Made by a program: the position numbers and the translations under genes. A DNA stretch of 64,000 nucleotides, taken from Octopus vulgaris. Lineage: Eukaryota. Location of the stretch: NCBI GenBank assembly GCA_951406725.2, contig OX597833.1, positions 57,226,001 to 57,290,000 of the forward strand. The letters are read 5' to 3'. This document shows, one piece after another, positions 53,285 to 64,000 of this stretch (the first letter of the stretch is position 1; the number at the start of each line of letters is the position of its first letter). Under the pieces are notes generated by a model. That model worked only from the letters and a program-made list of their open reading frames with translations, searched no databases and was not told the origin of the DNA.

Positions 53285-53671
53285 ATAATTCCTAGGTAAC
53301 TAAAAAATTTTTAACTTCGTATACTGGTAGAATGTGTTTATAAAACATCTTTTTTCTCTTGGCTTTATTGAGAAAATTCTATAGTTTGTAAGATATTTGT
53401 TGTTTTTATTTTTTCCTTCAATTTCTGCAATTTCAACCAATCAATGACCGTCTATTGAGGTGAAAACATTCTGTGCCGTATGAATATGTCCCTCGTTTAA
53501 GAAACAGATTGGGTTTATTTACATTTGTGAAGAAAAAAAAAGATACCCTTCCCCCCACCCCTAACCCTAAAACAGATTGAAATGCAATAGATCGATACTA
53601 GGGTCATAATTATGGGTGACAATTTCATATGACACCGCTAGAAAAAACTGCTGTTCAAACCGAAAAGATCC
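53285..53671. mobile_element. GGATC-family MITE, inverted relative to the 54014 copy
   Basis: Reverse-complement match to 54014-54426; ends cgaaaagatcc. Confidence 0.82.
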
Positions 53672-54013
53672 AAATACCAGGATGCACCATACAAATAATA
53701 ATACTTTTGGTAAAATATGTCACGTTGGCTATTAAATCGATCGTGGGGAGGTTCATATAAGATTTTGCTATTGTTATCGTCTGCAGTGGGGCAGTCATCA
53801 AGGGAGGCAATTCTAGTTCACAAACATAGTTACTTCCCCTGTTTCTGAAAACTAATTTATTTCTTTAATAAATGGTGATGTCGACAACGTTAGGTTAATT
53901 CTAACGAAGGGGAACAGTGTTCATTTTTGTAGGAAGAGTGACTCACAACCAACATCATAATTTTATTGTCTCTTAAAGATACGAAAGGCGCAGCTGAATC
54001 TATTAAAAAAATG

Positions 54014-54426
54014 GGATCTTTTCGGTTAGAACGGCAGTTTTTTCCAACGGTTATATGAAATTATCACCCATAATTATGACCCTAGTATCGATCTATTGCA
54101 TTTCAATCTGCTTTAGGGTTAGGGGTGGGGGAAAGGTATCTTTTTTTCTTCACAAAATGTAAATAAACCCAATCTGTTTCTTAAACGAGGGACATATTCA
54201 TAAGGCACAGAATGTTTTCACCTTAAATAGACGTCATTGATTGGTTGAAATTGCAGAAATTGAAGAAAAAAAAACAACAAATATCTTACAAACTATAGAA
54301 TTTTCTCAAGAAAGCCAAGAGAAAAAGATGTTTTATAAACACATTCTACCAGTATATGAAGTTTAAAAGTGTTTAGTTACGTGGAAATTATTTAAAAAAA
54401 AACTGCCTTTCAAACCGAAAAGATCC
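54014..54426. mobile_element. GGATC-family MITE, complete
   Basis: TIRs ggatcttttcggtt / aaccgaaaagatcc, with the 8-bp TSD aaaaaatg. Confidence 0.88.
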
Positions 54427-54915
54427 AAAAAATGAATCTCTGCCTCTTCACAGGGAACTACATTGATACTTATACCTCCCCTTTGAATTAAAGGCAAGAT
54501 GCAAAATAAAGCAATCATAGAGATTTCACCAAAAATATTCTGCAAATAGAAATGTAGGGGAAGTATCTACCACTGAGACAAAAAGAAACAAACAAACCCT
54601 CCCCCACACCAAATAAAAAATAAACCCAGTTCCATGTGCTATAAGTTATACAAAATAATGATGGTAGAGTCAAGACTATTGAAAAGGTTGCAAGACGCAA
54701 TGAAAATTTTAAGAGAATAAAAATATGAAATAAGTGGAAATTTCACTGGTGAGTGTGTTACAGTGTAAGGCACAAAAAGAAAATGGCTCTCCCCAGACAC
54801 AACAGAATATGCTTCAACACACGAACTCATATAAAGAATCTTGCAAATCAAATCCAAAACCGAAATGATGGAAAGAATTGCATCAATATCTTAATTTGAT
54901 TAAATTTTTACTTAC

Positions 54916-55038
54916 ATCTAATTATCAATGAAAATGTGGATACTCTTTTGAATTTATCATTCAACGATGTCTTCACAATACAAGAATAGTTGCCAGTATC
55001 AGATGGCATCAGCCGGTTTGAGTTATCTTGTGACGGAC
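54916..55038 (-). CDS. Echinoid/Fred-like protein, exon D (second part of the Ig domain; absent from the ORF track)
   Basis: Acceptor ccttcttttag, donor GTAAGT, 123 nt. SPSQDNSNRLMPSDTGNYSCIVKTSLNDKFKRVSTFSLIIR supplies the DxGxYxC motif for exon C. Confidence 0.9.
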
Positions 55039-55242
55039 CTAAAAGAAGGTGGGGAAAAAACAACAAAAATCAGCAACGACAAAATGTATTCTGTAAATTA
55101 AAAAAAATTAAACAAATTATTTAGACATTACTAACTTCCAGACCAGTTGCTCTCAAATGGAGTCCATATGGCCCTTGGAGGTTCATATAAGATTTTGCTA
55201 TTGAAAATCATGCTCAATAAATTGGTTATACATCTACATTAT

Positions 55243-55520
55243 GCAGGCATGGTTGTGTGGTAAAAAGCTTGCTTCTCCACCACATGGTTTCAAGTTCAGT
55301 TCCATTGCATGGCACCTTGGGCAAGTGTCTTTTACTATAGCCACAGGCCGACCAAAGCTTTGTGAGTGGATTTGGTAGATAGAAACTGAAAGAAGCCTGT
55401 TATGTGTGTGGGTGTGTGTGTTTGTGTTTGCCCCCACTTCCCATCACCATTTGACAACTGGTGTTGGTTTATTTATGTCTCCGCCACTTAGCAGTTTGGC
55501 AAAAGAGAATAAGTATCTAC
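55243..55520 (+). mobile_element. CORE-like SINE, older copy
   Basis: Diverged head plus the CCTTGGGCAAGTGTCTT motif. Confidence 0.7.
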
Positions 55521-55809
55521 AAAAAAAAAAAAAGTGTTGGGGTCAAGAGAGGTAGGTAAGTGGATGGGAAATTTGCAACCAGGTGCAAGGCACAATTACC
55601 AAAGACACCTGAGAGAGAGAGAGAGAGAGAACAGGGGGCTCGTATGTATCATCTGGCTCAAAATAGAAAGAAGAAAGCATAATATTTTAAAAGCTTTGAA
55701 AATAAGTGAACCCTTATGATAGTCAGACTGTATGCAATGTGCCATGAACGGATAAAGGTTGAAAATGAAAATCATTATTTTATACAAATCAAAGAAAACT
55801 AGATCTTAC

Positions 55810-56013
55810 TTTCAAAATACAACATGCTGGTGACAATGTTGTTGTTGCTTGAGCTTTGCACTTTGAAATTGTGGCCAGAGACCAATTCTCCGTCCTTCCA
55901 CCAAGTAATCGTTGGCGCTGGGTTACCATAGGCCACACATCTTAATGGACCGATACGCTCCTTCTCGTTTTTTATCATGTTTGAGGGTAGACCGGTGGTG
56001 ATTTCAGGATATT
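55810..56013 (-). CDS. Echinoid/Fred-like protein, exon C (first part of an Ig domain)
   Basis: Acceptor tatttgcttttcag, donor GTAAGA, 204 nt. EYPEITTGLP...LRCVAYGNPAPTITWWKDG...VTSMLYFE is an I-set Ig pattern. Confidence 0.93.
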
Positions 56014-56746
56014 CTGAAAAGCAAATAAATGATAGTACATTATAAGTCAATGACCACTATTGAAGATTAGAGTCCCCAATTTGAGGACAAGGAAAATGGA
56101 GACAAAATAAATGCAAGTACATTATAATAAATCAATAACCAATCTTAACCATTAGAGTCCCCAATCTGAGAGAATACAGTAACAAAATAAATGATTGCAT
56201 AAGTAAATAACCAGTCTTAGACATTAGAGACCCCAATTTAAGAAGGAAACAGTAACAAATCTACTAATGGAATTTGAACCACATTTAGCTATATTCCTAT
56301 ATCTTTTATATGGAGGGAAGGCAGTACCCATGATACTACAGGGCTTCCATGACTGGTAGGGAGGGAAGAAGTTAGGAATAGACCCGGACCCCTCAAACCA
56401 AATACCCAACACAAACCCTTGCTACAGAGTTGTCTCTGCTAAAGACGCCACCTAAAGTACCATGTAGTGGCGTTAAACCAAGTGAAGGATGAGCTCTATC
56501 ATCTGAATGGGCCAAGGCAAGATTTGAACTCAGAATGCAATGAGCTGGAACAAATACAGCAAGGCATTTGTTCTGACATGCATACCCTTTTGCTAATCCC
56601 CACCCCCTGAATTGTACTTTTTTTTTTATTGACAGACACCTCAGTCCTTCCATCATAGATCATGTGAAACATCAACTGAAATATTGATAGTTAAAACTAC
56701 TACTATTTAATTTCATCATCTTATTAACTAGTTGACTAACATAAAT

Positions 56747-57571
56747 CAGGGGTTCTCAACTGTTTTTTACCTACGGACCCCTTTGATTACCATAAAACCT
56801 TGAGTATAGTCCACCCTTGATTATAATACGCAGGGGATTTTTAGGGGGCCGTACCATTGAAAAACCTAAACCTTGCATATAATACGCACCCCTTCTCTAA
56901 CTTGAGTCAAGGAGGTCTATATAACGCCCTTGGTTTGTAAAAATATATAAGGTACCATCCTTTATTATTATTGTATATATCACATAATGCAAATGTGAAG
57001 CTTTTTTGTGCATTTTGTTTGCAGAAAATAAAGAAATAACAGTAATAACATTTAATAAATGTTGCTAACTGCAAGTTATGGATGATTCTTTTATGACTTC
57101 ATTGCTTTCTGGCTTAGCTTAAGGTATTTTCGCGCCCGACATCACGAAATGCATCTGAATAAACATTGCCGGACAGCAAATAGAGACTCGGACATTGCTT
57201 AGAAAATAATTTTCATTTCTAACCTCGTATATAGAACACACTAGGGATTTTGACCTTTAAATTTTGGGGGGAAAAATGCGGATTATACTCGAGGATTTAC
57301 AGTACTATTTTATTCTGGTGGACTCCCATAGCCATTTGATGTTTAAAAACTTCTTCCAAAATTTCTTATTTCATTTTACACACATTAACTCGTGTAGGTT
57401 GAATTAAGTAAAATCTTAGACAAAGAAGCCAAGATACACATCTAAAATAATATTTTTTCAGGGGCCTAAAAGCGCTATTGTGGATCCCCAATTTATTATT
57501 TTGTTGTGTGGATCCCCAAGATTCTTATATGGACACAGAGAGGCCATATGGACTCCGGTTGAAAACCACAG
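56747..57571. mobile_element. hAT-type MITE containing a nested pogo/Tigger-like MITE (56790-57302)
   Basis: Outer ends caggggttctcaac / gttgaaaaccacag, TSD acataaat/acttaaat. Inner ends TA-ccataaaaccttgagtata / tatactcgaggatttacag-TA. Confidence 0.78.
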
Positions 57572-57749
57572 ACTTAAATGATTAATTAACCATTGCTTAG
57601 ATTAAATGGCCTATTGAGTATACTCAGTCAATCAGCTGGTTTTTGTTTTGTTCAAGTCCAGAAATCACGAAGAAGACAATGAGACTGACAAACTGATTGA
57701 CTGATTGAACAATTAATCAATGATTGGTTAAGGAGTTGATCAATAATAA

Positions 57750-58398
57750 CGAAAAGTAGAATGTGTTTATAAAACATCATTTTCTATTGGTTTTATTGAG
57801 AAAATTCTATAGTTTGTAAGATATTTCATCTGAAAATCCGAGCATTTTGGCAATTTTAACCAATTGATTTCCTCCATTCAACTAAAATCATTTGCTGTGT
57901 CTAAAACTGAGACAACATCCTGTAACTACCCCTCAACCTAACTCTAACCCTAATTTTTTTTTCTTAATTGTTAAATTAATTTAATTGTTACACGTGTAAA
58001 AAAACCGAAAGCAATGGAAAATAATTTAAACAATTAACATACAAAATTATAGAATTATTTTGTTTGTTAATTGTTTTATTTTCCATTGCTTTCGGGTTTT
58101 TTTACACGTGTAACAATTAAATTAATTTAACAATTAAGAAAAAAAGTTAGGGTTAGGTTGAGGGGTAGTGACAGGATGTTGTCTCAGTTTTAGACGCAGC
58201 AAATGATTTTAGCTCAAAAGAGAGCATAGGATTGGTTAAAATTCGAAAAATTAAACTATGTTAAAACAAACAAATTACAATTTTCTCAAGAAAGCCAAAA
58301 GAAAAAAATGTTTTATTTTGACACATTCTACTAGTATACGAAGTTTTAAAGTGTTTAGTTAACTAGAAATTGTCTGCCGTTCAAAAGCAAAAGATCCC
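57750..58398. mobile_element. Foldback (palindromic) GGATC-family MITE
   Basis: Arms mirror around about 58050; ends aaaagatccc. Confidence 0.8.
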
Positions 58399-58593
58399 AA
58401 GTCTTTAAACAGCATACAAGGTGTAAAACCAAATTTTTTAAAATTGCGTATGTATTTAGCGTGTGTGTGTATATGCGCGCGAATGTAGAGTGCAAACCTT
58501 ATGTACTATGTGTGTGTGTGTGTGTGTGTGTACATAGTCGGGCATAAGAGTTATTTCCCTTGTTAGTTTTAAACCGTTTAAAGAGTTACGTAC

Positions 58594-58767
58594 CTTTGAC
58601 GTTTACGACTATAGCGCCCTGGTTGCTGCTCCCCATCTGGTTCTGAGCCATGCAAGTATACCGACCACCGTCTCGAAGGCGGGGTTTGTCAATAGTGAGC
58701 GTTGAGGAGCTGTTTCCAATCGGCTGGCCTTCTCTTTTCCAGGCATACGTCGGCAATGGGTAACCAG
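58594..58767 (-). CDS. Echinoid/Fred-like protein, exon B (second half of the Ig domain)
   Basis: Acceptor cccgttttag, donor GTACGT, 174 nt. SGYPLPTYAWKREGQPIGNSSSTLTIDKPRLRDGGRYTCMAQNQMGSSNQGAIVVNVK contains the Ig C-strand W and the DxGxYxC motif. Confidence 0.93.
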
Positions 58768-59273
58768 CTAAAACGGGAGGGGGGAAAAAAAAAAAAAAGA
58801 AAAAAATCTTAGCCTTCTTTCTTTTTATTGGTAGCTTCAGTCTATTAAACTGCAACACACTGGACAAGAGCCCTTAAAAAAACAAGTCTGCTTGCCAAAC
58901 ACATGGTCCTGAGTTCAGTTTCATTGAGTGGCACTTTGGGCAAGTATTATCGCACCAGGACGAGATTTTTGAGTGGGTTTGGTAGACAGAAAATGAAAGA
59001 AGTCTGTCCTTTGTATGTGTGTGCGAGTGTATGCATGTGCCATTTTGTGTGTTTCTGGGGGTGCACATCTGCGCCTTTGTGTCTGTGTTTGCCACGCATC
59101 ACTGCTTGACAACTTAGTAGTTCAACAAAAGTCATCAATAAAATAAATACGTGGCTCTGAAGTTAGTCCAATGAAGGCTTAGCAACATGAAACATCTCAG
59201 TTACTGTTAAACACTATTTTTGTTAAGGAATAATAAATATTTATAAATATATATATATATATATATATACACA

Positions 59274-59465
59274 CACTCTTTTACTGGTTTTAGTAATTTG
59301 ACTGTGGCCTTGCTGGAGCACTGCCTTTAGTCGAAGAAATCGACCCCAGGACATTCTTTGTACACCTAGCACTTATTCTATTGGAAACTTTCGCTGAATC
59401 ACTAAGTTATGGAGACGTAAACACACCAGCATCGGTTGTCAAGTAATGTTGGGGGACAAACACAG

Positions 59466-59529
<64 letters not shown>

Positions 59530-59800
59530 GGGCACAATGGCCCAGTGGTTAGGGCAGTAGACTCGCGGTTTCGATTCCCAGACCAGGCGTTGTGAGGGTT
59601 TATTGAGCAAAAACACCTAAAGCTCCGCGAGGTTGTGGTGATCCCTGTTGTACTCTTTCGCCACAAATTTCTCTCACTCTTTCTTCTGTTGGCCTGCTCG
59701 CTTAGCCAGCGGGGTGGCATCATTTGAAGGCTAAAACAATGCGAAGCGCATTGTGACCAGTGATGTGTAACAACATCTGATAGCCTGGTCGATCACAGTG
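59274..59800. mobile_element. CORE-like SINE tail half (minus) with a family-4 SINE (59528-59800, plus) inserted in its (TA)n
   Basis: Head gggggcacaatggcccagtggttagggcag is shared with the 28993 copy; (TA)n lies on both sides. Confidence 0.78.
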
Positions 59801-59824
59801 ATATATATATATATATATATATAT

Positions 59825-59863
<39 letters not shown>

Positions 59864-60169
59864 TATATTGATGCAAACAGAAAAAGTAGAGCTTAAAATA
59901 TGTATATGTATATTTTTAATACTATTTAGCAGCTAAATATTAAACACATACACACATATATACAAACACATACATATATATGTTTGACAAATGGGTACCA
60001 CACAATTTGAATGGAAATCAGAAAATGTACAGATATGAAACCTGCTCTTTGCTTCTTCTCCATAACCAGTCTATAACCAGACTGATCCAGTTCTTAACTG
60101 TATTGTAACTTGCGATGTAAAGTGGATTCTGTACAATAATAAAAAAAACGTTCTTCACAGTGGCTGAAC

Positions 60170-60632
60170 CAAAATGGGTTCTGGTATTGCAGGGTTTGGT
60201 ATTTTCCAGCATTAAACTGCACATTATTGCCCTCAGCCCATCTGTAAATTGCATCCAAATCCTGCTGAAAGCATGCAACATCGCTAGGGTTTTGTATTTT
60301 CTGCAAGACTTTCCTATCGTCTACATAGCTAGCAAGGCTGGCTGTCCGGGCAGCCGAGGGCAAAATCTGAGAAGGTCACTACGAAAAGCAGAGGTGCCCT
60401 GTGGAACATCGCTCGCTATTTGTGTTTCCTTTGAGGTGGCTCCACTGGCCACTACTGCCTGACTTCTATCTTTCAGAAAGTCATGTAACCACTCTTCCAA
60501 GTTTTCCAGCTATGCCAAAATTGTACAGTTTGTGGCATATCATACGATTATCAACTTAATCAAAAGCCTTTGCAAAGTCAAGGTATATTACACCCACATT
60601 TGAGTTGTCGAGTGACTGCTTTAACACTCAGT
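60170..60632 (-). pseudogene. Degenerate CR1-clade LINE reverse transcriptase fragment
   Basis: Motifs VIYLDFAKAFD*, SDVPQGT and YVDD...QQDLDAIYRWAEGNNVQFNAGK, broken by stops and frameshifts. Confidence 0.85.
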
Positions 60633-60749
60633 CATCCTTCAAGATGGTCATAGTCCAATGACTCTAACCAGTAAAAGAATACAAGAGAAACAAAACTGAA
60701 ACAACAGACCCCCAAATTCAATACAAACAACATATTCTAGGAGACTCAC

Positions 60750-60842
60750 AATTATTAGGGTCCACTTTGCACGTCAGAGAAATTGGTTCTGCTCCTTTTA
60801 TGGGTATGCTATTTGAAGTAACTTCTACATTGCCTGGTGAAT
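60750..60842 (-). CDS. Echinoid/Fred-like Ig-FnIII adhesion protein, exon A (first half of an Ig domain)
   Basis: Acceptor tatttgcttttcag, donor GTGAGT, 93 nt, phase 1-1. Reads xSPGNVEVTSNSIPIKGAEPISLTCKVDPNN and joins exon B in frame. Confidence 0.85.
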
Positions 60843-60900
60843 CTGAAAAGCAAATATTAAGAGAAAATATTATACACATAATTATTATTATTATTATTAA

Positions 60901-61360
60901 GGCGGCGAGCTGGCAGACACGTTAGCGCGCCGGGCGAAATGCTTAGCGGTATTTCGTCTGTCGTTACGTTCTGAGTTCAAATTCCACCGAGGTAGACTTT
61001 GCCTTTCATCCTTTCAGGGTCAATAAATAAAAGTACCAGTTTCGCACTGGGGTCGATATAATCGACTTAATTTCTTTGTCTGTCCTTGTTTGTTCCCTCT
61101 ATGTTTAGCCCCTTGTGGGCAATAAAGAAATATATTATTATTGTTGTGAAGGCAGAGAGTAGGCAGAATTGTTAGCATGCTGAATGGAATGCTTAGTGAT
61201 ATTTTACCCATCGCTATGCTTTGAGTTCATATTCCGCTGAGGTTGACTTTGCCTTTCATCCTTTCGGGGTTGATAAATTAAGTACCAGAGAAACACTGGA
61301 GTCGATGTAATGACTTAATACCCGCCTCCCAAGCTGCCCTTGCGGCAAAAATTTGAAATC
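60901..61360 (+). mobile_element. Two tandem family-2 SINEs (60901-61131 and 61150-61360)
   Basis: Head ggcggcgagctggcaga, B-box GAGTTCAAATTCC and the central motif. Confidence 0.82.
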
Positions 61361-62097
61361 ATCATTATTATTGTGTAATTAATTTTAGAAATTTTGTTGC
61401 ACTTTGGGACGGTCATCGTGCCAATTAGATATATGTACTGGTTCCATTTCACTTCTTTTTTTATGAGGAAACTTGGTGCTGATGTTGTCTTGGGTTCAGT
61501 TCCACTTTGCAGCACCCTGGGTCAATGTCTTCTACTATAGCCCAAGGCTGACCAAAGCCTTGTGATTATATTTAGTAGTAGGAGTATGGGGCCATGTGCC
61601 GTAACAGAACATCATTGCATTCACTATTAGTTGATGACTCCCTACTACTTCTGGTGGACGACACCTTTGCACTACCCAGTGCGACAACCTTCCAGCCCAT
61701 GGATTTGATTGTTGCTGGTGGAAGAGACTTTTATGAGGTCAGAGTGCAAACCCTACCTCAACCTCTTTTAGTTGCTTTTTATGCCAAACAGAGGAAATGT
61801 TGGGTCTATTCTTCAACATGCTGGTCCCCCAAACAGCACTAGAGCAACGTGGAATGTAGTGTTTTGCTCAAGAACAAAAATCGCAGTGCCCAGTTTAGGG
61901 ATTGAACCCAGCATCTCAAGATTGCGAGGGCAACACACTGACCATTGGGGTAAACAGAAACTGGAAGAAGCCCATTATAGCTGGGAGCGGAGGGAAATTA
62001 TGTGTTTGCGTGCGTGCGTGTGTATGTATGTATGTAGGGGGAGAGAAAGAGCGAGATTGTGTGTTTGTGAGAAAGAGAGATAGAGAAAGTGTATGCA

Positions 62098-62695
<598 letters not shown>

Positions 62696-62815
62696 CCCGC
62701 TGTCTTATACATGTAATGGTAAAACTGTCATTGTGTGTCATTGTAATGCTTTGTAATGTATTAGGGTGGTGCATAATTACTGCGGCTTTTTTTTTTCCCA
62801 ATAAATTTTATTCAA

Positions 62816-63766
62816 CCGTGCCGGTGGCACGTAAAAAGCACCATCCATTCGTGGCCGTTTGCCAGCCTCGCCTGGCCCCCGTGCCAGTGGCACATAAAAA
62901 GCACCATCCGTTCGTGGCCGTTGCCAGCCTCGCCTGGCCCCCCGTGCTGGTGGCACGTAAAAAGCACCATCCGATCGTGGCCGTTTGCCAGACTCGCCTG
63001 GCCCCCGTGCTGGTGGCATGTAAAAAGCATCATCCGATCGTGGCCGTTTGCTTGCCTCGCCTGGCCCCCGTGCTGGTGGCATGTAAAAAGCATCATCCGA
63101 TCGTGGCCGTTTGCTTGCCTCGCCTGGCCCCCGTGCTGGTGGCATGTAAAAAGCATCATCCGATCGTGGCCGTTTGCCAGCCTCGCCTGGCCCCCCGTGC
63201 TGGTGGCATGTAAAAAGCACCATCCATTCGTGGCCGTTTGCTAGCCTCGCCTGGCCCCCGTGCTGGTGGCACGTAAAAAGCACCATCCGTTCGTGGCCGT
63301 TGCCAGCCTCGCCTGGCCCCCCGTGCTGGTGGCACGTAAAAAGCACCATCCGTTCGTGGCAGTTGCCAGCCTCGCCTGGCCCCCCGTGCTGGTGGCACGT
63401 AAAAAGCATCATCCGATCGTGGCCGTTTGCCAGACTCGTCTGGCACCTGTGCTGGTGGCACGTAAAAAGCATCATCCGATCGTGGCCGTTTGCCAGACTC
63501 GTCTGGCACCTGTGCTGGTGGCACGTAAAAAGCATCATCCGATCGTGGCCGTTTGCCAGCCTCGTCTGGCACCTGTGCCGGTGCCATGTAAAAAGTACCC
63601 ACTACACTCATGGAGTGGTTGGCGTTAGGAAGGGCATCCAGCCGTAGAAACATTGCCAGATCAGACTGGGCCTGGTGCAGCCTTCTGGCTTCCCAGACCC
63701 CAGTTGAACCATCCAACCCATGCTAGCATGGAAAGCAGATGTTAAACAATGATGATGATGATGATG
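62816..63766 (+). mobile_element. Family-3 repeat with about 13 copies of a 63-bp tandem unit
   Basis: Unit gtgctggtggcacgtaaaaagcaccatccg...ctcgcctggccccc, then GGAAGGGCATCCAGCC and an (ATG)n tail. Confidence 0.8.
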
Positions 63767-64000
63767 AAAAACCATCTTTAAATGATTATTCCAGAGCGTA
63801 TTCACCATCTACTTCTATTTCTGCTTGGCATTTTGTTTAAATTGGTGTTTTGGTTAAATTGGCATTTTCTTAAAATTTTTTGTTGAATAAAATTTCAAAA
63901 AAAAAAAAAAAAAAAAAAAAATAGCTGCAATAATTATGCACCAACCTAATATATCTTTGTAATGCTTATATGTATAAGTCTGTGAACAGTTGTATTGCAA

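Noticed and set aside
62777-63716. Repetitive ORFs on both strands
   Set aside because: The 63-bp unit is a multiple of 3, which keeps frames open by default; it is part of a dispersed repeat.

Overview
This is eukaryotic, AT-rich animal DNA saturated with microsatellites and transposons. The SINE families and simple-repeat load strongly suggest a coleoid cephalopod (Octopus-like); this is an inference from recalled repeat motifs. Nearly all ORFs in the six-frame track are artefacts of simple repeats. The one supportable host gene is on the minus strand: eight spliceable exons (60842 down to 48092, all phase 1-1, 1431 nt, about 477 codons). They encode three Ig domains, a fibronectin type III (FnIII) domain and a divergent FnIII-like domain, with motifs resembling the Echinoid/Friend-of-echinoid (nephrin-related) adhesion receptors. 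Its 5' exons lie beyond 64000, and its transmembrane/cytoplasmic exons are not securely found. The rest is tRNA-derived SINEs, non-autonomous Helitrons, hAT/Mutator/piggyBac/Tc1-mariner-type MITEs (several with verifiable target-site duplications, TSDs), CR1-type LINE fragments, minisatellites and long hairpins. I see no CRISPR, rRNA or bona fide tRNA, and no clear new multi-gene system. The best leads concern the adhesion gene (Cys-less Ig domain, missing membrane anchor, identical splice signals) and repeat-derived dsRNA and tandem structures. Repeat boundaries without a quoted TSD are approximate.
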